Assembly (NCBI GenBank): GCA_977017645.1 | Contig: OZ360229.1 | Coordinates: forward strand, 26,350,001 to 26,414,000 | DNA length: 64,000 nt | From: Torpedo marmorata | Taxonomy: Eukaryota | Reading direction: 5' to 3' | Part shown: positions 1 to 12,468 of the stretch, piece after piece | How the letters are laid out: every line of letters begins with the position of its first letter | Numbering within the stretch: the first letter of the stretch is position 1 | Notes under the pieces: model-generated | The model's database searches: none | What the model was told of the DNA's origin: nothing | Seen by the model: only the letters and a program-made list of their open reading frames with translations | Program-made: the position numbers and the translations under genes

Positions 1-678
1 GAGCCACATAAAAGAATATTGAGAGAGAAAAAGGGGTGAAAAAGTGCCACCAAATTTTACCTCCCTTTGTCCCAAATTCTTACATCTGAGGGATCCATTT
101 CCCTTTCAACTCCTTCATTCTTTTTGAACACCTGAATACCTCTTAACTTCCTCAGCTTGAGGAATGCAAGATATGAATGTGGTTCAGGTGGAAAAGATTG
201 CCTCAATCAGATTGACTTAATCACACTGACATAAAGTTGCTCCTGGTCTAGCAATACTCACGTCCGTAAGAGTTACATTGAAATCTCACCATGACTTTGT
301 CTCTTCCTGTCTCTGTAACTTCCTCTAGCCCTACAAGCCTCGACGAACACAGTCCTCCACTGACCATGGTTGGTGGTCAAGCTAACAGAAGCCTGATTCC
401 TCCCTGAAACCTCTCATTTTGTCACTAAGACTTCACTAAGAACCATATCACTTTGCCCACATTCTTTTTCTATCCTAGTGCTTTTGTATGTGACCCAGTG
501 TTAAGTTTTGTTTATTACATCACCTTCAAAATACTTTGAGATATTTTACTACATTAAAGACACTATCAAAGCAAGTTGTTATTGTTAAAAATCTTCTGCT
601 GAGAATGACACATTGTACCTTGGCCAAACTCATGTATGTAACTGAGAATTCCTACTTATCTCTCCTTATCAGAACCTA

Positions 679-3600
679 TCAGAATCAGAATTTATTGTCA
701 TGAACAAGTCATGAAATTCGTTGTTTTGCGGCAGCATCATAGTGCAAACATTCATATTATAACCATCTTACGACATTACTATAAAAATATATAAATAATA
801 GTGCACGAAAAGTAAGGCAGTGTCTTTGGTTCATTGGTTATTCAGGAATCTGATAGCAGCGGGGAAGAAGCTATCCTTGTGCCATTGAGTGCTCGTCTTT
901 AGGTTCCTGTACCTTTTTCCTGATGGTAGCAGAGTGAAGAGGGCATGGCCTGGGTGGTGGGGGTCTTTGAGGACAGAGGCTGCTTTTTTAAGACACCGCC
1001 TTATGTAGATGTCCTCGATGGAGTGAAGTCTGGTGCCTGTGATGTCACAGGCCGAGTTAACAACCCTCTGGAGTTTATTCTTGTCCTGAGAGTTGGCGCC
1101 TCCATACCAGGCAGTGATGCAACCAGCCAGAATGCTCTCCACGGTACACCTGTAGAAGTTTACGAGAGTCTTCGGTAACATACCGAATCTCCTCAGACAC
1201 CTCACAAAGTATCGCCGCTGGCGAGCCTTCTCTGTGATTACATCAACGTGGAGGCTCCAGGACAGATCCTCGGAGATGTTGACACCCAGGAATTTGAAGT
1301 TCTTGACCCTCTCCACTACTGAGCCCTCGATGAGGACTGGGTCATGTTCCCTGACTTCCTCCTGAAGTCCACAATCATCTCCTTGGTTTTGCTGACGTTG
1401 AGCGCAAGGTTGTTGTCGTTTCACCATTCAACGAGCTGATCTATCTCCCTCCTGTACGCTTCCTCATTGCCGTTTGTGATTCTGCCAACAACTGTGGTGT
1501 CATCGGCAAACTTGTAGATGGCATTGGAATTGTGCCTGGCCACACAGTCATGGGTGTATAACGAGTAGAGCAGTGGGCATCCTTGGGGTGCGCCTGTGTT
1601 GATAATCAGTGAGGAGGAAACGTTGTTTCCTATTCGTACTGACTGTGGTCTTCCAATGAGAAAGTCAAGGATTCAGTTGCAGAGGGGGATACAGATGCCT
1701 AGAGTTTGTAGCTTCTTGACCAGCACTGAGGGAATAATGGTATTGAAGACCGAGCTGTAGTCGATGAAGAGCAGCTGTATGTATGAATTGCTGTTTTCGA
1801 GGTGATCCAGAGCTGAGTGGAGAGCCAGCGATATTGTATCTTCTGTGGAGCGATTGTGACGATAGGCGAATTGCAGTGGGTCCAGATCTTTGCTTAGGTA
1901 CGTGTTAATTCTGGCCATGACCAGCCTCTCAAAGCATTTCATCACAGTAGAAGTTACTGCTACTGGGCGGTAGTTGCTGAGGCAGGTCACACTTCTCTTC
2001 TTGGGTTCCGGGATGATTGATGCCCTTTTGAAGCAGATGGGAACCTCTGACTGCCGCAATGAGAGGTTGAAAATGTCCGTGAACACCGGCTAGTTGGTTG
2101 GCGCAGATTTTCAGTATCCTGCCAGGTACGCCGTCAGGGCCTGACACCTTGTTAGGGTTCACCCTGTTCAATGATGTTCTGACGTCACCCTCAGAGACAG
2201 ATATCACAGGGTCCTCAGCCTTTTCAGGGATTATAGTAGGTACTGTTTGGTTCTTCTTCTCAAAGCAGGCATAGAAGGTGTTCAGCTCATCGAGTAGTGA
2301 AGCATCACAGCCATCTATAATGTTCACCCTCGCTTTGTAGGCTGTAATGGCCTGCACTCCCTTCCATAGCTGGCATGTATCTGTCTCTGTCTCTGTCTCT
2401 AGCTTCCTCCGGAATTGCCACTTTGCTTCAGAGATGGCCTTCCGCAGTTCGTGCTTGGACTTCTTGTGAAGATCCCGATCCCTGGCCTTAAACACCCTTG
2501 TTCTCGCCCTGAGCAGGTTGCGAATTCTCTGATTCATCCAGGGCTTCTGGTTGGGGAACACCCGGTACTTGCGCATGGGCACACACTCATCCACGCAGGT
2601 CTTGATGAAGTCGGTGACACCTGTTGCATATTCATTCAGGTCTATGGATGAGTTCTTGAATATGTTCTAGTCCACCGATTCAAAGCAGTCCTGCAGACGC
2701 TCCTCCGCCTCCCTCGACCATACTTTTGCCGACCTCACCAATGGTGCTGTGGTCTTCAGTCTCTGCTTGTACGCCGGGAGTAGAAGTACAGCCAGTTGAT
2801 CAGACTTGCCGAAGTGCAGTCGTGGTATGGCTCGGTATGCGTTCTTCATGGTGGTGTAGCAGTGGTCGAGTGTGTTGGTTCCCCTGGTCTCGCTTGTGAC
2901 ATGTTGGTGGTAGTTTGTCAGTGACTTCTTCAGGTTGGCCTGATTGAAGTCCCCCACAATGATCGGGAAGGCATCAGGATGTGCTGTCTCATGGCTGTTT
3001 ATCACAGTGTTCAGTCCCTCCAGTGCCAGCCTGACGTTAGCCTGGGGCGGAATGTACACTGCGACCAGGATGATGGCGGTGAACTCCCTCGGCAGGTAGA
3101 ATGGGCGACACTTGATCGCCAGATGTTCCAGGTCGGGGGAGCAGGACTGGGACATGACCGTCACGTCTGTGCACCACGATAAATTGATGATGACACAAAC
3201 GCCGCCTTCCCTGGTTTTTCCAGACGCCGGTGTTTGGTCAGCGCGATTGAGGGTGTAGCCCTTGGGCTGCAGTGCCGTGTCCGGAATGTCCGTGTTTAGC
3301 CATGTTTCTGTAAAGCACATCACGCAGCACTCCCTGATGACTCTCTGATGTTGAAGTCTGGCTTGGAGTTCATCAAGTTTGTTCTCCAAGGATTGTACGT
3401 TGGCCAGGAGGATGGTAGGGAGCAGAAGCTTCAGGTCCCAGCGTCTCAGCTTGACCTGTAGCCCCCCCTCTGTGTCCACGTGGTCGGGTCTTCTTTACCT
3501 GGTTCGCTGGTAGTTCCCGCAGTGTTTAAACGGTCCGTGCGCTGTCCCTTTAAATCCTCCGCAATGTTTAAGTGTACTGAGTGCCTGCTGTCTGCGACTC

Positions 3601-3875
3601 CCGCGAAGTTTAAATGGCCCGTTCTCTGGCTATTTAAAACTCCCGCGGTGTTGTTGTTGTACTTGCGTGAGCTGTTTAAAGGTTCCGCGGCCTGATGGAG
3701 ACTGCTGATTCTGCCGATTCCAAGGTCTGCCAGAGATCTTAGTACATCCATGTTATCGGGTATGTTTGATTTTATGTTTCTCGTTTTTTTGTTTGATTTT
3801 TAGAAGCTCTGAACGGGGATATTTGATTATTCCCGTCAGAGCTGCTCGCAAAGAGGCGCCGCTGTAAGGCGCCTA
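679..3875 (-). mobile_element. Rex1/Babar-type LINE, near full length, disrupted (APE endonuclease + RT)
   Basis: ORF 2667-3479 has APE motifs (LANVQSL, FTETWL, GDFN, LDH, SD). RT pieces at 831-2594 (GPDG, YRPVA, QFAY, FADD) are split by a stop and frameshifts. The 3' end reads TGACAATAAA(TTCTGA)n on the minus strand at ~679-700. Confidence 0.9.
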
Positions 3876-4210
3876 GATTCCCAAGGTTAGACAGAACAAC
3901 AGTGAAAGTGGAAATACTAAAAAACTATCCTCTAAAGCATGAGTCATTCCATTGCAAGGAACACATGGAATTACCCTGTGGGATATTTTCAAAGATTAAG
4001 ATCATTATAGGTCAAATTACTGTAAATTAGTACAATTTAGTTTGTTGTTTTACTGTAAACACACAAGGTTAACTGCGGCTGATGGTTAGCTTTCAGTATT
4101 CCATGTGAATGACGGGGTAAGTCCACCACTAGAATGGCGTCAAGATTTATCCTGCTTCCTTTTCTGGTTGTTAGTCAGACACTGTGTGTCTTCCTTTGTG
4201 AATCAGTATT

Positions 4211-4803
4211 GAACATAGAACAGCACAGTACAGGCCTTTTGGCCCTCGATGTTGTGCCGACCTATATACATATACCTACCAAAAAAACTAAACCCTTCCT
4301 AGCTCGTAACCCTCTATTTTTCTTTCATCCATGTGCCTGTCCAAAAGTCTCTTAAATGCCCGTATTGTTTCAGCCTCCACCACCACCCCTGGCAAGGCAT
4401 TCCAGGCACCCACAACTCTCTGTGTAAAAAACTTACCCCTGATGTTACCCCTAAACTTTCCTCACTTTACTTTGTACAGATGTCCTCTGGTGTTTACTAC
4501 TCCTGCCCAAGGAAAAAGGCACTGGCTGTCTACCTTATCTATGCCTCTCACAATCTTGTAGACCACTTTTAAGTCACCTCTCATCCCTCTTCGCTGCAAA
4601 GAGGAAAGTCCTAGCTCTGCTAACCTTGCCTCATAAGACTTATTTTCCAATCCAGGCAACATCCTGATAAATCTCCTCTGCACCCTCTCCATAGCTTCCA
4701 CATCCTTCCCATAATGAGGTGACCAGAACTGAACACAATTTTCTAAGTGTGGTCTCACCAGAGATTTGTAGAGTTGTAACATGACCTCTCGACTCTTGAA
4801 CTC
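4211..4803 (-). mobile_element. CR1 LINE 3' fragment
   Basis: CR1 ORF2 C-terminus (LYKSLVRPHLE..VQFWSPHY..LERVQRRF-like) with a tail ending GTGCTGTTCTATGTTC. Confidence 0.9.
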
Positions 4804-5255
4804 TTTTTTTTTGAATATTTTATTTGTATTTATTATAGCCAAACATATTATCAATAACAAAAATTATACATCATCAAATATAATATTCGTCTGCTGACTA
4901 TTATACTAAAAAAAAAACAAAATTACTAACAAAGGAAAACCCACCCACGCAATTCCCCCCTAAAAGAAAAAAAAAGAAAAAAGAGAGAAATAGAATAAGA
5001 AAAAGTTGAAATAGAAAAGGAAAGAAGACGTTGGAGGCTCGTCACCCACCCCGCAGGCTTAAATTACTTGGCATACTCGGATTTCTGAAGATGAAATGGA
5101 CATAGGTCCTGGAGGCGAGGAGGGGCCTGGTTATAGATTTACAGCCATGTGTTGTAAATATGGAGTCCAAATCTTTAAAAAAAATACCATATCTATTTCT
5201 AAGATTATAGGTAATCTTCTCAAGGGGAACACAACATGAAGGAGTACCGCACCTC
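4804..5255 (-). mobile_element. L1 LINE 3' fragment with poly(A)
   Basis: PLEKITYNLRN motif shared with the other L1 copies in the window, a long low-complexity 3' UTR, and a T run at 4804 on the plus strand. Confidence 0.75.
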
Positions 5256-5825
5256 AGATGCATTTTGAAAGAGACCTTAAACTGAAGTCTCAGGTGCATC
5301 CAACTTTTCCTGTGACACCAGTTCATGGAAAACCCAGGGGGAATTCATTCTGTCTGGTGTCCTGATCACTGCATTTCCATAGCAACTACACTTCAAAAGT
5401 TATTTCCGTTTTTATCATCCATCCTTTGGGTATTGAATTGCAAAGCATCTTGCAATGCCCGAAGTGAGGAATGGTGCTACATAAATGCCATTCCATCATT
5501 TCAGTTTCAGGGTGAATAGCAGTTATTGTTTGTGCACGACAGTTACTCTTCAGCAATATTGAAGAAAATTGTTTTGAAAGTGAAAGTTGCACTTAGAAGG
5601 TTTTATTACACTAAAAGGGCAATGTTCCTCAATTAAACCTGACATTAGCGAAGCTGTTTTTTTCACTGCTCCTGGGGAAGCCCCACACAGTGAAAATGAA
5701 AATCAAAGTTGTGGATTTCAAGCAAAGGCATACAGGCACCTTAACGTCAACAATTACTGTCCACTGCTCAGCCTAGTCTTTGTCTACAGTCCACACCATT
5801 GTTATCTCACTGCCCTCCTTAGTAC

Positions 5826-6077
5826 TGTCCCACTGCCCAGTCCAATCACAGCCAGCCAGTCATCCAGTGATGTCCCACTGCCTAGTCCAATCGCAGCCAA
5901 CCAGCCATCCAGTGTTGTCCCACTGCCTAGTCCAATCACAGCCAATCAGCCATCCAGTGGTGTCCCACTGCCTAGTCCAATCACAGCCAACCAGCCATCC
6001 AGTGATGTTCCTCTGCCCAGTCCAATCACAGCCAACCAGCCATCCAGTGATGTCCCTCTGCTCAGTCCAATCACTCA
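5826..6077. repeat. 45-bp minisatellite, ~5.5 copies
   Basis: Unit TGTCCCACTGCCTAGTCCAATCACAGCCAACCAGCCATCCAGTGA repeats at 45-bp period. It explains the repetitive ORFs in three frames. Confidence 0.95.
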
Positions 6078-6158
6078 CTGCCCACAACTCACGCCACTGA
6101 TATTCTATTGCCCACCCTAGTACTATCCACTGGCCATCTTGTCTGCCCTCCCAGGTGA

Positions 6159-6378
6159 TAAAGGTAAATGTAAAGGTTCCATTATTGTCACGTAATACTA
6201 CATTTAGAATGTAACATACATGAAATTCTTTAATTTTTGTCTACCGTAAGGCAGACAGAGAGTCGCTACTTTGTTCAGCGCCCCTCACAGAAACCTACAG
6301 CACCTGGTGTTCCTAGGCGGTCTCCCCTCCAAGTACTGACCAGTCCGAGATCAGACAATCCCAGTCGTATTCAGGCTA
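6159..6378 (-). mobile_element. 5S rRNA-derived SINE (5S head + LINE-like tail)
   Basis: 6291-6378 is the reverse complement of vertebrate 5S rRNA (GTCTGATCTCGGA...CTGGTCAGTACTTGGAGGGGAGACCGCCTAGGAACACCAGGTGCTGTAGGTTT) with an ~18-nt deletion over box A. It is followed by a ~130-nt tail ending GTGACAATAATGGAACCTTTACATTTACCTTTA. Confidence 0.85.
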
Positions 6379-6503
6379 TCCCTCTACAAACTCCATTTAC
6401 TGTCCACTGCTCACGCTACTGCCTCGAGTTGCCTACACTATTTCCCAATCATTATCCACTTCCTACCCCAGCGATAGTCCACTGCCCACCCCAGACTCCA
6501 CTG

Positions 6504-6505
<2 letters not shown>

Positions 6506-6554
<49 letters not shown>
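6506..6554. repeat. (GT)n microsatellite
   Basis: About 24 perfect GT units. Confidence 0.98.
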
Positions 6555-6556
<2 letters not shown>

Positions 6557-7431
6557 AAAGAGAGGGAGAGCTAAGGTGAGTGATAATGACATTATGAGTA
6601 TTAACTGTTTCATATTTTCTAAACTCTAATATTTTATAATTCCTCTCCCAATCCCCAGCCAACACAAAATATTTTTGTTTTTTGGATAGAGCTGATGTAT
6701 GAGGCACGTTGGTTCTCATTAAGCTCAATTTTAATATGGACTCATCTTGCAGTCTCTCAATTTACCTCCGGGATGCCTGAAATGCATTTGGTGCCATAAT
6801 GATCTCAGACCACAATGTCGTACCCCATCAAGTTATTATCAGGATTATACAATGTCGGCTTAGGATAGGGATACAATGAGAGGATTCTGGGTTCAATAGA
6901 GTAGAGTGGGTAACATCCATAGAAAGTAAGAAATGTGTGATCCCATAAGCATCTGGAAAAGTAGAAGGTGATCCTATGAAGAGCTGAAAAAGAATCACAA
7001 TCTTGAACCAGCTGGAAAGGGAAGTGTGACTCCACAAACAGCAGGGATTGAGACGTGTCTGATGCACAACAAATTAATCAGATTTTGAGTAAAATTTCTT
7101 CAGAGTCCAAAAAGAATAAGGCAGTGTGGAAATTCTGCTGATCTCATGAGCTCACGAAGCATATTTCCTCACTGCCAGGAACATTGTGTGATATACGTGG
7201 GCTGATCTCCTGCTTGTATCTCTTTCAGGGGAAAAAAAAGCCCCTACAAGGAGAGATAACAGAAAAATGAATGAAGTTCCACCCCTCCCACCACCTTACC
7301 GAGGCTGACTGTGGATGTAAGGAGGAGGAAAAATGAATGGAGCAAGTTCTTTGGTGCCCAAGGAATTTATACCTTTTGGCACAGAATTAGAAACTGGCTG
7401 GCCCTATTTATAAAGGGAATGTTCATTCTTA

Positions 7432-10400
7432 CAGAATCAGAATCAGAATCAGAATTTATTGTCATGAACAAGTAATGATATTCAGTGTTTTGCAGCAGCA
7501 TCATAGTGCAATTAACATTCATATTATAACCATCTTACAACATTACTATTAAAAATTATAAATAATAGTGCACGAAAAGTAAGGCAGTGTCTTTGGTTCA
7601 TTGGTTATTCAGGAATCTGATGGCAGCAGGGAAGAAACTGTCCTTGTGCCATTGAGTGCTCGTCTTTAGGCTCCTGTACCTTTTTCCCGATGGTAGCAGT
7701 GTGAAGAGGGCATGGCCTGGGTGGTGGGGGTCTTTGAGGATAGAGGCTGCTTTTTTAAGACACCGCCTCATGTAGATGTCCTCGATGGAGTGAAGTTTGG
7801 TGCCTGTGATGTCACAGGCCGAGTTAACAACCCACTGGAGTTTACTCTTGTCCTGAGAGTTGGCGCCTCCATACCAGGCAGTGATGCAACCAACCAGAAT
7901 GCTCTCCACGGTACACCTGTAGAAGTTTACGAAAGTCTTCAGTGACATACCAAGTCTCCTCAGACACCTCACAAATTATAGCCACTGGCGAGCCTTCTTT
8001 GTGATTGCATCAACATGGAGGCTAAGGACAGATCCTCGGAGATGTTGACACCCAGGAATTTGAAGTTCTTGACCCTCTCCACTACTGAGCCCTCGATGAG
8101 GACTGGGTCATGTTCCCCTGACTTCCTCCTGAAGTCCACAATCATCTCCTTGGTTTTGTTGACATTGAGCTCAAGATTGTTGTCGTTACACCATTCAACG
8201 AGCTGATCTATCTCCCTCCTGTACGCTTCCTCATTGCCGTTTGTGATTCTGCCGACAACTGTGGTGTCATCGGCAAACTTGTATATGGCATTGGAATTGT
8301 GCCTGGCCACGCAGTCATGGGTGTATAACGAGTAGAACAGTGGACTAAGCACACATCCAAGGGGTGCGCCTGTGTTGATAATCAGTGAGGAGGAGACGTT
8401 GTTTCCAATTCGTACTGACTGTGGTCTTCCGATGAGAAAGTCAAGGATCCAGTTGCAGAGTGGGGTACAGAGGCCTAGAGTTTGTAGCTTCTTGACCAGC
8501 ACTGAGGGAATAATGGTATTGAAGGCCAAGCTGTAGTCGATGAAGAGCAGCCGTATGTATGAATTGCTGTTTTCGAGGTGATCCATAGTTGAGTGGAGAG
8601 CCAGCGATATTGCATCTGCTGTGGAGCGATTGTGACGATAGGCGAGTTGCAATGGGTCCAGATCTTTGCTTAGGTACGTGTTAATTCTGGCCATGACCAG
8701 CCTCTCAAAGCATCTCATCACAGTAGAAGTTAGTGCTACTGGGCGGTAGTCGTTGAGGCAGCCCACACTACTCTTCTTGGGTACCGGGATGATTGATGCC
8801 CTTTTGAAGCAGGTGGGAACCTCTGACTGCCGCAATGAGAGGTTGAAAATGTCCGTGAACACTCCGGCTAGTTGGTTGGCGCAGATTTTCAGTACTCTGC
8901 CAGGTATGCCGTCAGGGCCTGATGCCTTGCGAGGGTTCACCCTCTTGAATGATGTTCTGACGTCGCCCTCAGAGACAGATATCACAGGGTCCTCAGCCTT
9001 TTCAGGGATTCTAGTAGGCACTGTTTGGTTCTTCTCAAAGCGGGCATAGAAGGTGTTCAGCTCATCGGGTAGTGAAGCATCACAGCCGTCTATAGTGTTC
9101 GCCCTCACTTTGTAAGCTGTAATGGACTGCACTCCCTGCCATAGCTGACGTGTATCTGTCTCTGTCTCTAGCTTCCTCCGGAATTGCCACTTTGCTTCAG
9201 AGATGGCCTTCTGCAGGTCGTGCCTGGACTTCTTGTAAAGATCCCGGTCCCCGGCCTTAAACGCCCTTGTTCTTGCCCTCAGCAGGTTGCGAATTCTCTG
9301 ATTCATCCAGGGCTTCTGGTTGGGGAACACCCGGTATTTGCGCGTGGGCACACACTCATCCACGCAGGTCTTGATGAAGTCGGTGACACCTGTTGCATAT
9401 TCATTCAGGTCTATGTATGAGTTCTTGAAGATGTTCCAGTCCACCGATTCAAAGCAGTCCTGCAGACGCTCCTCCGCCTCCCTTGACCATACTTTCGCCG
9501 TCCTCACCACTGGTGCTGTGGTCTTCAGTCTCTGCTTGTACGCCGGGAGTAGAAGTACAGCCAGGTGATCAGACTTGCCAAAGTGCGGTTGTGGTATGGC
9601 TCGGTATGCGTTCTTCACGGTGGTGTAGCAGTGGTCGAGTGTGTTGGTTCCCCTGGTCTCGCATGTAATGTGTTGGTGGTAGTTTGTCAGTTACTTCTTC
9701 AGATTGACCTGATTGAGGTCTCCCACAATGATCGGGAAGGCATCAGGATGTGCTGTCTCATGGCTATTTATCACAGTGCTCAGTCCCTCCAGTGTCAGCC
9801 TGACGTTAGCCTGGGGCGGAATGTAAACTGCGACCAGGATGATGGCGGTGAACTCCCTCGGCAGATAGAATGGGCGACACTTTTTAAAAAAAATATTTTA
9901 TTTAAAGTTTTTAATCACAAAATACATAAGGTAAAATATAAAATTCTCAAAATACTTGTGATACATTTTCACCCCCCCCCTCCCACCCTCCCCTCCCTAA
10001 CCCTCCCATCCCTACTAATCTAATAAAATAAAAATAAAAAGAGAATAAAAAAGATAGAGTAAGGAGAATGTCAATCTAAAAAAAAATCTATAAACTAATT
10101 TTATTATGGAGGTTAGGTTCGCCAGTAGATCGGATGTCCAGAGATCTTTAAATCCTTAAACCAACAGCTTTCATATATGGGCTCCAAATTTTTAAAAAGA
10201 AATGATATTTATTACGTAAATTGTAAGTAATTTTTTCAAGTGGTATACATGAACGAAGTTCTGCATGCCATCTTTCTAACCCTAAATCTACATCAGATTT
10301 CCAAGTAATAGCAATACATTTCTTTGAAACAGCTAAAGTAATTCGCAGAAATTCTATTTGATACATATTTAATTTTATCTTAATACTAAGTTTTCTAATA

Positions 10401-10886
10401 TCTCACAGGTTAAATATAGAATAACGCAAGCATCTTATAAAGCGAGAATAATTTCTGATCATTCACCTTTATTAATATCTTGTATAATTCCGGAAAAAGA
10501 AAAAACTGTATATAGCTGGAGATTTAATTCTTCTTTATTAAAATGAAAAGATTTTTGTGATTATATGAGAAGGGAAATTCAGGAATTTTTACAAATAAAT
10601 TCTAATTCTACTGATAATAAATTTATTATTTGGGAAGCTTTAAAGGCTTATTTAAGAGGTCAAATAATAAGCTATTCAGCTAAAATTAAGAAGGACTATC
10701 TTCGGGAGGCAGACAATTTAGAGAAGGAGATTGAATACTTAGAGAAGGATTTGCAAAAAAATAAATCAGATCAAAAAAGGAATAATCTAGTTGGAAAAAA
10801 ATTACATTATAATTTATTACAAACATATAGAATGGAAAAATTAATTGAAAGAATGGGCGACACTTGATCTCCAGATGTTCCAGGTC
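7432..10886 (-). mobile_element. Rex1/Babar-type LINE, 5'-truncated, interrupted by an L1 at 9883-10849
   Basis: A 549-aa RT ORF (7969-9618) is highly similar to the first copy and has a (TTCTGA)n tail at 7432. The APE sequence resumes at 10850-10886 after a 16-bp duplication. Confidence 0.92.
9883..10849 (-). mobile_element. L1 insertion with inverted 5' part and 16-bp TSD
   Basis: 9883-10404 is an L1 3' end on the minus strand (SCIPLEKITYNLRNKY, 3' UTR, A-tail). 10405-10849 is the L1 EN C-terminus/linker on the plus strand (ISDHSPL, IWEALKAYLRGQIISYS). TSD AGAATGGGCGACACTT at 9867-9882 and 10850-10865. Confidence 0.9.
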
Positions 10887-11010
10887 ACAGTTATAAAGTG
10901 ATTAACTTGGAACGTATCATTAATTATTCAAGTGGAAATGATAATTGTACAAATAGTTATATGCAATTATTTACTACATTGATTAGTGCTAAAAAAAATA
11001 ATAATTTATA

Positions 11011-11195
11011 CGTACAGCACAGTAACAGGCCCTTCCATTAGCCCGTGCCGCCCAATCACACCCAATTAACGTGCAGCCCCGGTATGTTTTTGAAGTGTGG
11101 AAGGAAACAGGAGCAAACTCGTGCAGACAGTGCCGGATTCTAATCCGGGTCGTTGGCGCTGTAATAACGTTGCGCTAACTGCTACACTAACCGTG
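11011..11195 (-). mobile_element. tRNA-derived V-SINE (HE1-like), internally deleted
   Basis: A/B-box-like head, partial V-domain and a CR1-like tail GGCCTGTTACTGTGCTGTA. It is similar to the copies at 35966, 43206, 44641 and 54642. Confidence 0.8.
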
Positions 11196-11436
11196 TTTTA
11201 ATGAGTCAGAACAAAATCTCTTTAAATTTATAGTTTCTTCAAGAAGTGATTTTGAAAGGTTCTACAAGTTGAAGATACCAGATATGATTTCTGCAGCCCA
11301 GGTTCTTGCTGTGAAGTTCCCTTCTTACATTTAATTATTTCTCTTTTTTCCTTTTAAACCCTCCTGGGAATCAACCCATTTCAATCCATCATTCACCTGC
11401 CATATCATTGTGGGTCAAATGTTGCAGTCAGACAGT

Positions 11437-11790
11437 TGTACAGCACAGAAACAGACCCTTCGCCCACAATATCCATGTTAACCTTTCTGCTCATCTACAC
11501 TAATCCCATTTTCCCACATTAGGACTATATCCTTCTATGCCTTGCCTATTTGCATCTGTTTAAATGCCTCTTAAACAGAGTATTTGTACCTGATTTCACC
11601 TCATCTGGCTGCTTATTTCAGCAGTCAATTAACCAGCAGCTCATCTTTTTGGATGTAGAAAGAAACTGCTGGAGCACCCAGAAGAGAACGTGCAAACTCC
11701 ATACAAATCGCACCAGAGGTCAGGATTGAACCCGGCTTGCCTTGCACTGTAGTGAAGCTGCACGATCTGTTCTATTACTCTGCCACCCAA
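11437..11790 (-). mobile_element. Old CR1 3' tail plus V-SINE remnant
   Basis: TACAGCACAGAAACAGACCCTT tail motif, followed by an AGAACGTGCAAACTCCA V-domain remnant. Confidence 0.55.
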
Positions 11791-11884
11791 GCTTTTGTCC
11801 TATTCCCTCCTTATGTGATCAAGGTTAACTGCCTCTATCATTCCTCCAAGTAAAAACAATGAAAATATTGCTGCTTTTTTAAAT

Positions 11885-12460
11885 GTGTGGTCAGTTAATA
11901 GCAGTCTCATTTCTGAGTCAGAAACTACAGGGTGCAAGGTGCACTCCAGCCATTCTCAACAGGGGCCATACCGCCTCCCCTGGGGGCTACAGCACATTTA
12001 AGGGGGGGCCATGGTGTGAAATCATAAATTATTTTTAATGTTTTTTATATAGCCGGTAGAAGAGAAGAACGGAAGAAACCAACTAAACTTGACTGCTTCA
12101 CAGGGAAGGGGGCCTATAAACTTTGAGCAGAGTCCTAAGAGGGCCATAGCCAAAAAAAGGTAGAGAATGGCTGGTCTACTCTGAAGTCCTGAACATCAAA
12201 TGTAGGCTGCGTTGCACAGGGAAAGTAATTGCGTTGGTGGTGCAATGTTTTGAATGTGCTTTAGAACTGAGATTGAGCTATTTCCTCTGTTGAGGATAAA
12301 ATTTCCATGGAGAAATGCATTCGGGCAATCCCCTGGGCAACAATTATCCCTCCACAAAATTACTTAAGAACATCAGCTGGTTCAACACGTTGCAGTTTGT
12401 GGACACTTGCTGGGCGTAAATCAATTGTTGGGTCTTCTGTATTACAACAGTGACTGCATT
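11885..12460 (+). mobile_element. Degenerate Deu-domain-like SINE interrupted by a hAT MITE
   Basis: tRNA-like head remnant and a Deu-like core (GCAGTTTGTGGACACTTGCTGGGCGTAAAT...ATTACAACAGTGACTGCA). It resembles reverse-strand copies at 33600, 48820 and 57810. Confidence 0.5.
11947..12173. mobile_element. hAT (Charlie-like) MITE
   Basis: TIRs CAGCCATTCTCAAC / GTAGAGAATGGCTG with a degenerate 8-bp TSD GTGCACTC / GTCTACTC. A second copy lies at 62511. Confidence 0.8.
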
Positions 12461-12468
12461 TAAATGTA

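Noticed and set aside
5587-6120. 177-aa repeat protein or CRISPR-like array
   Set aside because: A 45-bp minisatellite open in several frames, with no unique spacers, in a eukaryotic context.
6291-6378. Functional 5S rRNA gene
   Set aside because: Box A is deleted, the 5' end is degenerate, there is no T4 terminator, and it is fused to a retroposon tail.
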